A program made the translations under genes and the position numbers. From assembly GCA_001029635.1 (NCBI GenBank), contig CP011209.1:747969-811968 (forward strand): DNA of 64,000 bases, given 5' to 3'. Every line of letters begins with the position of its first letter. Position 1 is the stretch's first letter. This DNA comes from Candidatus Wolfebacteria bacterium GW2011_GWB1_47_1. GTDB taxonomy: Bacteria; Patescibacteriota; Minisyncoccia; UBA6257; UBA9933. Of the stretch, positions 39,443 through 48,166 are shown in pieces. The notes beneath the pieces were generated by a model that saw only the letters and a program-made list of their open reading frames with translations, searched no databases and was not told the origin of the DNA.

Positions 39443-39826
39443 TTAGATTTGGAGGCCGCCCTTACGAGCACCTTCTGCTACTGCCTTTACTCGACCATGG
39501 TAGTTATATCCTCCGCGGTCGAATACCGCAGCGTTGATCTTGATCTCCTTTGCCTTCTTGGCGATCATCTCTCCCAATGCCTCAGCCTTAGTGATCTTTC
39601 CTTCTTTATTCTTTCCGCCCGAGGCGGATCCGCCTTTGGCGGACATATCCCGGGTCGATGCACTTGCCAATGTCTTGCCAGTCATATCATCGATCAGCTG
39701 GACTGATGTGAACTGATTAGTTCGCAATACGGAAAGTCGGGGTCGCTCCATTGTCCCAAACAGCTTTGCGCGGGTTCGAATTCGTCGGCGTTCCTTTATT
39801 TGATTGAGTTGTTGTGTTTTGTTCAT
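39443..39826 (-). CDS. rplR: 50S ribosomal protein L18 with 10-aa repeat insertion
   Basis: RPRLSV, VFDRGGY.YHGRV; contains SAKGGSASGG. Confidence 0.96.
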   Translation of the reverse strand: MNKTQQLNQIKERRRIRTRAKLFGTMERPRLSVLRTNQFTSVQLIDDMTGKTLASASTRDMSAKGGSASGGKNKEGKITKAEALGEMIAKKAKEIKINAAVFDRGGYNYHGRVKAVAEGARKGGLQI

Positions 39827-39847
39827 ATGCGTTTTTTCAACAATTCA

Positions 39848-40414
39848 TTATTTGCCAACCTTCTTACCCTGCTTCCTGCGAACAACCTCTCCGCGATATC
39901 GGATACCCTTACCTTTGTACGGCTCCGGCTTCCTTATCTTACGGATCTCAGCGGCAGTCTGTCCGACCATTGCCTTATCTATTCCGGTTATCGTTACGGC
40001 GTTCTTTTCAACGGAAATTTTAATACCCGGTCGCGGCGCATATTTTACCGGATGGGAAAAACCGATATTAAGCACGAGGTTCTCGCCGTCCATCGCTGCG
40101 CGATATCCGACTCCCTCGATCTCTAATACCTTAGTAAATCCTCCTGATACGCCCTCGATCGCGTTTGCAGTCAATGCACGCATAGTTCCCCAGTTCGACT
40201 TTGCCTGCTTGGTGGTGCTGTCGATCGTGAAGGTGATTCCATTCTTCATGGTCCCCTCCGTATCAATGGCGACATCTCCAATTTCAGTCTTTACGAACGG
40301 AAGCACGGCCATTTTCACGGTATGCTCTCCTTTCTTCAATTCCAATTCAGCGCCATCAAACGTAACGGTGACTCCTTCAGGAATGATTATCGGTTTTTTT
40401 CCAACTTTTGACAT
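39848..40414 (-). CDS. rplF: 50S ribosomal protein L6
   Basis: GVGYRA, PEPYKGKGIRY. Confidence 0.97.
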   Translation of the reverse strand: MSKVGKKPIIIPEGVTVTFDGAELELKKGEHTVKMAVLPFVKTEIGDVAIDTEGTMKNGITFTIDSTTKQAKSNWGTMRALTANAIEGVSGGFTKVLEIEGVGYRAAMDGENLVLNIGFSHPVKYAPRPGIKISVEKNAVTITGIDKAMVGQTAAEIRKIRKPEPYKGKGIRYRGEVVRRKQGKKVGK

Positions 40415-40470
40415 AGTGTTTTAACTTATGACCAGCGTATTGCCAGTCGCCAGCTATCGTTTATTAATAA

Positions 40471-40851
40471 TTACCAGATCTCAAAGAAGATCTCTCCTCC
40501 TACCTTTTCCTTGCGGGCATTTTCTCCGGTCATGATTCCCTTCGGTGTCGATACAACCGCGAGTCCTCGTCCGTTTTTTACAGGTCGAATCTCGTCACAT
40601 CCCTTGTAGATATGAATACTTGGTCGGCTTACGAAACGAACTCCTTCGATCGCTCCCACACCGTCCTCATATTTGAGGTCGATGCTCAATACACGCTTCG
40701 GGGCTCGGCCCTTCTTGTCGTATGCGGTGATGTACTTGCGGCTTGCAAGGATCTCCAGGATGCGCTCGTCGTTCTTGGTGTATGGCACCTTGATCGATTC
40801 CTTCTTTACCGCCTGGGCGTTTTTAATTTGTGTCAATAGATCGATATACAT
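40471..40851 (-). CDS. rpsH: 30S ribosomal protein S8
   Basis: DLLTQIKNA, STPKGIMT, GGE. Confidence 0.96.
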   Translation of the reverse strand: MYIDLLTQIKNAQAVKKESIKVPYTKNDERILEILASRKYITAYDKKGRAPKRVLSIDLKYEDGVGAIEGVRFVSRPSIHIYKGCDEIRPVKNGRGLAVVSTPKGIMTGENARKEKVGGEIFFEIW

Positions 40852-40957
40852 ATATTTAACAATTAACCTACGACCTACAACCTACAACGGAATGCACTCT
40901 CTGATATATTCTGACTGTATGCCGTTGTCGGTTGTCGGTTATTGGTTGTTGGTTATT

Positions 40958-41143
40958 TCACCAGGACGCTTTCTTTACTCCCGGGATTTCGCCCTTTGAT
41001 GCCATTTCCCTGAAGCAGATCCTGCAAAGACCGAAATCGCGCATATATGCCCGGCCTCGTCCGCACTTAAAACACCTGTTCGTTGCACGGGACGGATACT
41101 TCGGTTCTTTTTGTGATCTTACGACAACTGATTTTTTAGCCAT
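40958..41143 (-). CDS. rpsN: 30S ribosomal protein S14 (Zn-binding type Z)
   Basis: RCFKCGR...[16 protein letters not shown]. Confidence 0.97.
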   Translation of the reverse strand: MAKKSVVVRSQKEPKYPSRATNRCFKCGRGRAYMRDFGLCRICFREMASKGEIPGVKKASW

Positions 41144-41166
41144 GATAGTTTAGTAAATAATACGCC

Positions 41167-41727
41167 TTAGTCCTTTTTCAACGGTACGCCAAGCAACCGG
41201 AACATTTCGACCGCCTCTTCTCGGGTATTTACCTGAGAAACAACCGTTACCTGTATGCCAAAATCCGCTTTTGCATTCTCCGGGGTGATTTCCGGGAACA
41301 CGGTATGTTCTTTAAATCCGAGGGAAAGGTTCCCAGCGGAATCAACTCCCTTCGTTTCCAGACCTTTGAAGTCTCGGACGCGAGGGAAGACAATTTTATT
41401 CATCTTATCCAAAAAATCGTACATACGAGCGCCACGCAACGTGACGGACACTCCGACAACAGTTCCCTGTCGCATTTTGAATCCTGCAATGGATTTCTTC
41501 GACGGATTTGTTCGGGGTTTCTGCCCAGTAATTGCCATCAATTCGTTGACTACAGCTGGCAGCAACTTATCGGTGAAATTTGCCTGCTGACTCATGCGGC
41601 CCGTTCCGACGTTCACGACGATCTTAGTGATCTTCGGCACCGCCATCTCGTTCTTATAGCCGAACTTTGCCTTCAATGCAGGAACGACTTCCTTTATGTA
41701 TTTTTCCTTTAAGTTTAAATCTTTCAT
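41167..41727 (-). CDS. rplE: 50S ribosomal protein L5
   Basis: KIVVNVG, ITGQKP, PRVRDFKG; start MKDLNL. Confidence 0.97.
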   Translation of the reverse strand: MKDLNLKEKYIKEVVPALKAKFGYKNEMAVPKITKIVVNVGTGRMSQQANFTDKLLPAVVNELMAITGQKPRTNPSKKSIAGFKMRQGTVVGVSVTLRGARMYDFLDKMNKIVFPRVRDFKGLETKGVDSAGNLSLGFKEHTVFPEITPENAKADFGIQVTVVSQVNTREEAVEMFRLLGVPLKKD

Positions 41728-41756
41728 ATTCGCTCGTACGTTGATTACCACTGCGC

Positions 41757-42065
41757 TTAGCTGATTCGTGCGCCGCACTTCTTGCAGGCGCGAACCTTCT
41801 TGTCATTCTCGACCATTGCGCCAATACGCGTCGTTTTTCCGCATGCCGGGCAAACCAGCATGGTGTTGGATACGTTCATAGAACGCGGGATCGATACGAT
41901 CTGTCCCTTTTCTCCCTGCTTCTTCGGCTTTACGTTCTTCTTGTACAAATTAACCCCTTCCACAAGAATTCGCTCGTCCTTCGGCATGGTTCGCAACACT
42001 TTTCCGGTCTTCCCCTTCTCTTTGCCCTGTATTATTTTAACTGTATCACCTTTTTTAATACGCAT
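41757..42065 (-). CDS. rplX: 50S ribosomal protein L24
   Basis: IKKGDTV..GKEKGKTGKV. Confidence 0.97.
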   Translation of the reverse strand: MRIKKGDTVKIIQGKEKGKTGKVLRTMPKDERILVEGVNLYKKNVKPKKQGEKGQIVSIPRSMNVSNTMLVCPACGKTTRIGAMVENDKKVRACKKCGARIS

Positions 42066-42077
42066 AGTAGTGTTGAT

Positions 42078-42446
42078 TTATACGATATCCTCTGCCATCG
42101 TAACGATTTTCTCGAATCCCTTTTCCTTCAATTCGCGCGGGATTGGCCCGAATATGCGCGTTGCATTCGGTTCCATCTTTGCGTTCAAAATAACTGCCGC
42201 GTTTTCATCGAATCGGATGTATGATCCGTCCGGTCGCTTCGTCGCCTTGCGCTGTCGCACAACAACTGCCTTTACAACATCCTTCTTTTTTACCGACTTG
42301 CGAGGCTCTGCAGTCTGCACCGAAGCGACAAATACGTCACCAATACGTGCATACCTACGTCGAGTTCCTCCCAAGATACGGAAACAGCGGATGGTCTTTG
42401 CTCCGGAGTTATCAGCAACTTTTAAAATTGATCGTTCTTGTATCAT
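42078..42446 (-). CDS. rplN: 50S ribosomal protein L14
   Basis: VADNSGA, FDENAAV, TRIFGP. Confidence 0.98.
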   Translation of the reverse strand: MIQERSILKVADNSGAKTIRCFRILGGTRRRYARIGDVFVASVQTAEPRKSVKKKDVVKAVVVRQRKATKRPDGSYIRFDENAAVILNAKMEPNATRIFGPIPRELKEKGFEKIVTMAEDIV

Positions 42447-42466
42447 AGTATCCGTTCAAATAAAAC

Positions 42467-42700
42467 TTAGATCTTTCCGACGATGCGGAACCGCTTATCG
42501 CGACTCAGCGGTCGTGTCTCTTCCATAACCACGACATCGCCTTTCTTATATTCATTCTGCTCATCGTGCGCCTTGAAGCGCGCCGTTACCTTGTACATCT
42601 TCTGATATACCGGGTGCTTTGCGAGACGGCTCACCGCTACTACTCGCGTCTTGTCCATTTTGTCGGAAACAACCGTTCCCTGTAATTTTCGTGCTGCCAT
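42467..42700 (-). CDS. rpsQ: 30S ribosomal protein S17
   Basis: [17 protein letters not shown]. Confidence 0.97.
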   Translation of the reverse strand: MAARKLQGTVVSDKMDKTRVVAVSRLAKHPVYQKMYKVTARFKAHDEQNEYKKGDVVVMEETRPLSRDKRFRIVGKI

Positions 42701-42715
42701 AATATAGTAGTGGTT

Positions 42716-42916
42716 TTATGCCTCTTTTTTCCCAGTGATCAGTGTAGATAACTGCGCAACGACCTTTTTGAGCTTTTTAATCTCAGAAACGTTCTTTACT
42801 TTACCAGCTGCAAGGTCAAACTTCAAGTCCCGCAACTTAACCTGGGTCTCGTGCAGTTCCTTCTGCATTTCGGCGTGCGATTTGCTTTTCAATTGTTGGA
42901 AATCCTGCTTTTTCAT
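42716..42916 (-). CDS. rpmC: 50S ribosomal protein L29
   Basis: Helical 66 aa between rplP and rpsQ. Confidence 0.9.
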   Translation of the reverse strand: MKKQDFQQLKSKSHAEMQKELHETQVKLRDLKFDLAAGKVKNVSEIKKLKKVVAQLSTLITGKKEA

Positions 42917-43323
42917 TTTATTACAACTCTTGTTTTAACTGGTAATTTATGGCCTGCTCGGCGGAATGCCTCGCGTGCGACCTCTTCCTTAACTCCGTCA
43001 ATCTCGAATAACATTCTTCCTGGCTTCACCGGGAACACATAGTGATCCACATTACCCTTACCTCCTCCGAGGGTAACCTCAGGCGGCATCTTGGTAACTG
43101 GCTTGTCCGGGAATACTCGAATCCAGATCTTACCTCCACGCTTCGTGAAGTGAGTGATGGATTTTCGGGCAGCTTCGATCTGGCGTGAGTTCAACCAAAC
43201 GCTCTCGAGTGCCTGAATTCCGAACGATCCAAACGCAAGGTCCAATCCTCGGGTTTCAACCGTACGGGTCCGGCTCCTGCCTTTGTGCCACTTCCTGTGT
43301 TTTACTTTTTTCGGGATAAGCAT
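42913..43323 (-). CDS. rplP: 50S ribosomal protein L16
   Basis: QIEAAR, WIRVFPDKP, GKG. Confidence 0.98.
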   Translation of the reverse strand: MLIPKKVKHRKWHKGRSRTRTVETRGLDLAFGSFGIQALESVWLNSRQIEAARKSITHFTKRGGKIWIRVFPDKPVTKMPPEVTLGGGKGNVDHYVFPVKPGRMLFEIDGVKEEVAREAFRRAGHKLPVKTRVVIK

Positions 43324-43336
43324 AGGTTTACGTTAC

Positions 43337-44083
43337 TTAGTTTCTTGTTTCTTTCCTCTCAATTCTTGGGCGACGTTCATCGTGGCGCGGTTGCCGTTTT
43401 ACTGGTTCCTGCTCCTTGTCCTTGAACACTTCTCCCTTGTTGATCCATACCTTCACACCAATGGTTCCATAGGTCGTATAGGCAGTCGCTTCAGCGTAAT
43501 CGATGTCTGCTCGGATAGTTTGCAACGGGATAGTTCCCTTTGCGAGCTGCTCGGTTCGCGCGATCTCGGCTCCGTTCAAACGGCCCGAAACGCGGATCTT
43601 TGCACCTTTTACTTCGCGAGTCTGCATCAAGTTCTCAAGCGTCTTCTTTAGGATACGGCGGAACGGCATGCGTCGCTCCAAATCGCGGGCGATATTATAG
43701 CCCGTTACCGCTGCGGATACGTCGAATCGTTTCAACTCCTCGATATTCATGCTGATTCCAGTAAGTTTTTTGCTTCCGTTTTTTACGCGAATAGCAGCCA
43801 CCTTCTTATCGAGCAATTTCGAGAGGTCTTCAATCCCCTTTCCTCCGCGGCCAATGATCAATCCCGGCTTTGCGGCCTTGATATGGATGCGGATCGAATC
43901 GCCGAAACGCTCAATCGCAACATAATCAATACCTGCGGCTCCGATCTTGTCGGCAATGATCTTGCGAATCATTACGTCTTCCTCCAAGTATTCCTTGAAG
44001 CTGACACCCTTCGGGAACCAGCGAGCCGTCCAATCCTTGATCACGCCTACCCTAAATGCAGTTGGTTTTATTTTATGACCCAT
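43337..44083 (-). CDS. rpsC: 30S ribosomal protein S3
   Basis: MGHKIKP, PGLIIGRGG, SGRLNGAEIAR. Confidence 0.98.
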   Translation of the reverse strand: MGHKIKPTAFRVGVIKDWTARWFPKGVSFKEYLEEDVMIRKIIADKIGAAGIDYVAIERFGDSIRIHIKAAKPGLIIGRGGKGIEDLSKLLDKKVAAIRVKNGSKKLTGISMNIEELKRFDVSAAVTGYNIARDLERRMPFRRILKKTLENLMQTREVKGAKIRVSGRLNGAEIARTEQLAKGTIPLQTIRADIDYAEATAYTTYGTIGVKVWINKGEVFKDKEQEPVKRQPRHDERRPRIERKETRN

Positions 44084-44104
44084 AGTGGTTACTAATACAG
44101 TGTG

Positions 44105-44659
44105 TTAGATAGATTTCCTCTGGAACATCTTTCGCTTGGTTCCTTCCTTTGCGACCTTGGTCGTTTTCTCTGCCTTTTCAGTCTTTGTCTTTGTCTTTGC
44201 TTCCTTGTCTTCCGCCTTCTCCGCCTTCTCAGTCTTCGCGGCTACCTTCTTAATGGTCTCTGCCTTTGATTTGGTGATCTTTTCAACCTTCTTTGCCATC
44301 GTGAAGCGAGGCGCCTTCACCTTGTCGGACTCTTCGAGCACGATCGTGATGTGACTACTCTTCTTCTGGATCGGCGTTGCCCGTCCTTGGGCTCGCGGCA
44401 ACCAGCGCTTCAGCATCGGTCCGCCATCCACCCGGATCTCCTTGACAATGAGCTTTGATGCATCCATTTTTGCATTATTGACCGCGTTTGCGATCGCCGA
44501 CTGCAACAACTTCAACACCGGCTCGCTTGCGCGCTTTGGATTGGTTGCCAACTGTGCCTGCGCATCGTTGACCGACAACCCCTTGATGACCGTTGCCATC
44601 AAACGCACTTTTCTCGGAGCCATGCGGAGATGATTCAATTTTGCTGTTTGCTGTTTCAT
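44105..44659 (-). CDS. rplV: 50S ribosomal protein L22 with Lys/Glu-rich C-terminal extension
   Basis: RMAPRKVRL, PRAQGRA, SHITIV; start MKQQTA. Confidence 0.96.
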   Translation of the reverse strand: MKQQTAKLNHLRMAPRKVRLMATVIKGLSVNDAQAQLATNPKRASEPVLKLLQSAIANAVNNAKMDASKLIVKEIRVDGGPMLKRWLPRAQGRATPIQKKSSHITIVLEESDKVKAPRFTMAKKVEKITKSKAETIKKVAAKTEKAEKAEDKEAKTKTKTEKAEKTTKVAKEGTKRKMFQRKSI

Positions 44660-44765
44660 AAATGACTTGTGACCTACAACCCATAACTTATAACGGGGTG
44701 CGCTTTCTGATGCGCTCATTCTGAATTTTGTTATCGGTTATTTGTTATCGGTTATTGGTTATTGG

Positions 44766-45062
44766 TTATTTCTTCTGCGCTGCCTTGCGATCCGCTTCCT
44801 TAGCCAACTTACCTCCGTGTCGGATGAACTTCTTGGTTGGTGAAAACTCTCCCAAGCGATGTCCGACCATTTCTTCCGTGACTCGGACCTGGATAAAATC
44901 CTTTCCGTTATGCACGCCGAACGTTCGTCCGATCATATCAGGCGCGATCTCGGAACTACGCGCCCACGTCTTGATGACCGTTTTGTCGTCGTGCGTCAAA
45001 GCAGCCACCTTTTTCATGAGTTTTACGTCTACGTATGGACCTTTTTTGGATGATCGTGCCAT
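44766..45062 (-). CDS. rpsS: 30S ribosomal protein S19
   Basis: [23 protein letters not shown]. Confidence 0.98.
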   Translation of the reverse strand: MARSSKKGPYVDVKLMKKVAALTHDDKTVIKTWARSSEIAPDMIGRTFGVHNGKDFIQVRVTEEMVGHRLGEFSPTKKFIRHGGKLAKEADRKAAQKK

Positions 45063-45101
45063 GTTAGTTGATTGGTTGAATTTCGTTAGTTGATTTTCAG
45101 A

Positions 45102-45938
45102 TTATTTATTCCGCTTTGATACGCGGCGCTTGATGATCAAGTCTGTCGAACGCTTCTTTGTGTTGCGCGTCTTGCGACCTCCTGTCACCTTACCCCATAG
45201 GGTCTTCGGACGCTTAGTTCCGCGTGGCTGTACACCTTCACCTCCACCGTATGGATGGTCTACCGGGTTCATGGCAGTACCACGAACGGTCGGTCGGATA
45301 CCCATCTGTCGGGAACGTCCTGCCTTTCCTATATTTACCAGGTTATGCTCGTTGTTTGATACCTGACCCATCGTTGCGTAGCACTCGGTCAAAACCTTGC
45401 GGACTTCACCTGATGGCAACTTAAGACTCGTGTACTTTCCTTCATGTGCCAATACCTGAGCGTAGGATCCGGCAGATTTCACCATCTGTCCGCCCTTTCC
45501 CGGCTGAAACTCTATATTGTAGACCATGTAACTAGTCGGAATGTTCTTAAGTTTCGAACGATTTCCTTCCTTTACCGGGGCACTTTCCGCAGTGATGATC
45601 ACATCATCCACCTTCATGCCTTTTCCAGCCAAAATATACCGTCTTTCGCCGTCATTGTAAAGCGCTCGGGCGATAAACGCTGAGCGATACGGATCGTATT
45701 CGATTGCTTCGATGCGTGCCGGAATATCAATCTTGTTCTGCTTGAAATCCACCATGCGATAGAGCTGCTTGACGCCTCCGCCCTGATGACGAGTCGTGAT
45801 GCGGCCTTGGTTGTTGCGACCTGCGCGATGTGCGATTCGGATGAGCGCGCTTTTCATCGGCTCGATCTTGGTCAAAACGCTATAGTCGACAACAGTCATG
45901 TGACGTCGCGATGGAGTTGTTGGTGAATATTTTTTCAT
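45102..45938 (-). CDS. rplB: 50S ribosomal protein L2
   Basis: IEYDPYR, AMNPVDHPYGGGEG. Confidence 0.98.
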   Translation of the reverse strand: MKKYSPTTPSRRHMTVVDYSVLTKIEPMKSALIRIAHRAGRNNQGRITTRHQGGGVKQLYRMVDFKQNKIDIPARIEAIEYDPYRSAFIARALYNDGERRYILAGKGMKVDDVIITAESAPVKEGNRSKLKNIPTSYMVYNIEFQPGKGGQMVKSAGSYAQVLAHEGKYTSLKLPSGEVRKVLTECYATMGQVSNNEHNLVNIGKAGRSRQMGIRPTVRGTAMNPVDHPYGGGEGVQPRGTKRPKTLWGKVTGGRKTRNTKKRSTDLIIKRRVSKRNK

Positions 45939-46038
45939 ACAAATTAACTTACAACCTACGACCTACAACCTACAACGGCTGATCGGTTCATTGGTTTGTA
46001 TTGTTGTTTCTAGTTGTTGGTTATCGGTTGTCGGTTTT

Positions 46039-46413
46039 TTAGGAAGGCATGATGTCGAGCTTCTGCCCTGGCTTCAAAGTGACAATCGCCTTCTTGGTGG
46101 TCGTCTTCTTGCCGGCAACGCCGCGGAACTTCTGTCGCTCTCCCCGGATAGTGACCGTGTTCACGGAAATCGGGTCGACGTTGTAGATGCTCTTGATCGC
46201 CTTTGCAATCTCGGACTTGTTCGTGTGCTTATCCACCACAAATACGTATTGTCCTGCAATGCTCATGTGATACGCTTTTTCGGTGATCAACGGGCGCTTT
46301 ATTATAAACTCATTCGCCGGGCTTCGCAAAGCTCCTTTTGATGAGCCCTTCGGCGTGCTCAAGGCGCCACTCTTCGCTCCCTCTTCAGTTTTTGATTTCT
46401 TTGCAATGGCCAT
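46039..46413 (-). CDS. rplW: 50S ribosomal protein L23 with repeat-derived N-terminal extension
   Basis: IIKRPLITEK, KKAIVTL. Confidence 0.95.
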   Translation of the reverse strand: MAIAKKSKTEEGAKSGALSTPKGSSKGALRSPANEFIIKRPLITEKAYHMSIAGQYVFVVDKHTNKSEIAKAIKSIYNVDPISVNTVTIRGERQKFRGVAGKKTTTKKAIVTLKPGQKLDIMPS

Positions 46414-46416
46414 AGT

Positions 46417-47046
46417 TTATATTTTGTAATGCTGTTCGATTTCCGCGATCGCACTCTGTTCGATGATGACGTTTTTGTACTTCATCAAGTCATAGACGTT
46501 GATCGATGCCGGGTTCAATGTGTCAACATTCTTGATGTTCCCCAATGCCTGCGCCAATTGTCGATTCTCAGTCGAGAAGATGACAACGGTCTTAGATCGA
46601 AGGTCGACGAAATTTCGCAATGCGTCAGCCCACTCCTTTGTCTTGGTTCCTACCTTTGAGAATGAATCCACGATGGTAACGCTGTTATCGGTAAATTTCT
46701 TCGAGAAGACAGAGAAGATAGCGAGTCGCTTCATCTTCTTATTGATCTTCTTTGAGAAATCACGGTCCTTACTCGGACCATGCGTTACGCCTCCACCGAT
46801 CCACAGCGGAGATCGAATCGAGCCATGTCGTGCTCGGCCAGTTCCCTTCTGCTTCCACGGCTTCTTGCCTCCTCCGCGTACTTCAGAGCGTCCTTTGGCA
46901 TGAGCCCAAGGATCGCGCTTGTTCGCAAGATGCGTCACGAGCGCCTGATGCACGAGGTCCGGATTCCACTTGGTGGTGACCATCACTTCCGGCATCTCCA
47001 TCGTTCCCGCCTTTTCGTTTTTATAGTTTAAGATATCAACTTTCAT
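46417..47046 (-). CDS. rplD: 50S ribosomal protein L4
   Basis: EVRGGGKKPWKQKGTGRARHGS; start MKVDI. Confidence 0.97.
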   Translation of the reverse strand: MKVDILNYKNEKAGTMEMPEVMVTTKWNPDLVHQALVTHLANKRDPWAHAKGRSEVRGGGKKPWKQKGTGRARHGSIRSPLWIGGGVTHGPSKDRDFSKKINKKMKRLAIFSVFSKKFTDNSVTIVDSFSKVGTKTKEWADALRNFVDLRSKTVVIFSTENRQLAQALGNIKNVDTLNPASINVYDLMKYKNVIIEQSAIAEIEQHYKI

Positions 47047-47098
47047 AAATGTGTGTATCGATATGTATACAGAGCTTACTTGCTTCGATGCCTCGGCT

Positions 47099-47698
47099 TT
47101 AGCCGCGCACCTCAATCAGCGTTCCCCGCATTCCCGGAACCGGTCCGTGGACCATCAAAAGATTATTTTCCTTGTCGATCGCAGCAACCTTAAGGTTCTT
47201 GATCGAGAATCGTTCCTGGCCCATGTGTCCAGCCATCTTTCGTCCCGGCACAACGCGTTGCGTTGCAGTCGATCCAATCGATCCCGGTGCACGATGTCGA
47301 TTCTTCTGGCCGTGCGTCTTTGGTCCGCCTCCGAATCCATGTCGCTTTACAACGCCCTGGAATCCACGTCCCTTCGACAAACCGCTAATCTTTATTACAT
47401 CGCCTTCTGCGAACTGTGCAACATCGATGACATCACCTACTTTAAGATCGCTCCCTTCAACCCGGAATTCCTTCAAGGTCTTGAAGTTTCCCAGATCCTT
47501 CAAATGGCCAGCGAGCGGCTTGTTTGCCTTTTTGTCGGATTTATCAAATCCAACCTGCACCGCTTCGTATCCATCCTTTTCGGTTCCGCGAATCTGCGTT
47601 ACCGTTACCGGACCAGCTTGCAGTACCGTTACCGGGATCTGCCTGTCGCCGCTCCAAATCTGAGTCATTTTTACTTTTTTACCGAGTATGAATTTCAT
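47099..47698 (-). CDS. rplC: 50S ribosomal protein L3
   Basis: DGYEAVQ, SKGRGFQGVVKRHGF, KMAGHMG. Confidence 0.98.
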   Translation of the reverse strand: MKFILGKKVKMTQIWSGDRQIPVTVLQAGPVTVTQIRGTEKDGYEAVQVGFDKSDKKANKPLAGHLKDLGNFKTLKEFRVEGSDLKVGDVIDVAQFAEGDVIKISGLSKGRGFQGVVKRHGFGGGPKTHGQKNRHRAPGSIGSTATQRVVPGRKMAGHMGQERFSIKNLKVAAIDKENNLLMVHGPVPGMRGTLIEVRG

Positions 47699-47715
47699 AG
47701 TGTTTTTATCGCAAA

Positions 47716-47877
47716 GAAAAAACGGGCGGATTTAGTAATCCACCCGTCCCTTTGGTGTTTCAACTAAATCTTCGTAAAGATTATTTCGCTCACTTTTCTT
47801 TTGTTGCAATCGATACCAACATCACTGCTGATATAATTTGACTCTGTGAGAATAACAGATAGTTGACTGGGTGTCAA
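47716..47877 (-). promoter_or_regulatory. rplC operon promoter and leader with terminator-like hairpin
   Basis: TTGACA(47877-72)-N17-TATTCT(47854-49); ACGGGTGGATT-acta-AATCCGCCCGT followed by a T-run just before the ATG. Confidence 0.6.
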
Positions 47878-47896
47878 CACTTTCGCTGCGCTCCGC

Positions 47897-47923
47897 TGTC
47901 ATTCTCGCGGAGGCGGGAATCCA
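47897..47923. repeat. REP/dRS3-like palindrome
   Basis: tgtcattctcgcggaggcgggaatcca. Confidence 0.75.
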
Positions 47924-47949
47924 CTTCAAATTTTTAAATAAATGTTTTT

Positions 47950-48120
47950 CCTACTTTTTTAGTAAAAGTAGGCCAAAAAGCGCGAGCAAAGTAAAAAAAG
48001 CGGAATGACCTTAAAAATTCCTTACGAATCCGAGGGTGCGCCCGTTTTTCAACGGGTCCCCGCACCTCGGATTCTGTTGGCATTTTCCGCGTTCATTCTT
48101 ATCGCTTTTTTACAGCTCGC
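47950..48120. repeat. Long imperfect hairpin element with TACTTTT/AAAAGTA side hairpin
   Basis: gcgagc/gctcgc, gtaaaaaa-gcg/cgc-ttttttac, gaatccgagg-tgcg/cgca-cctcggattc. Confidence 0.55.
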
Positions 48121-48166
48121 AATCGAGATGCTAAAACAAAAAGCCCCGCGTGTGCGGGGCTTTGCT

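Noticed and set aside
40852-46038. CRISPR array in the repeat-rich spacers
   Set aside because: Units are 7-bp degenerate tandem repeats without unique spacers; no cas genes
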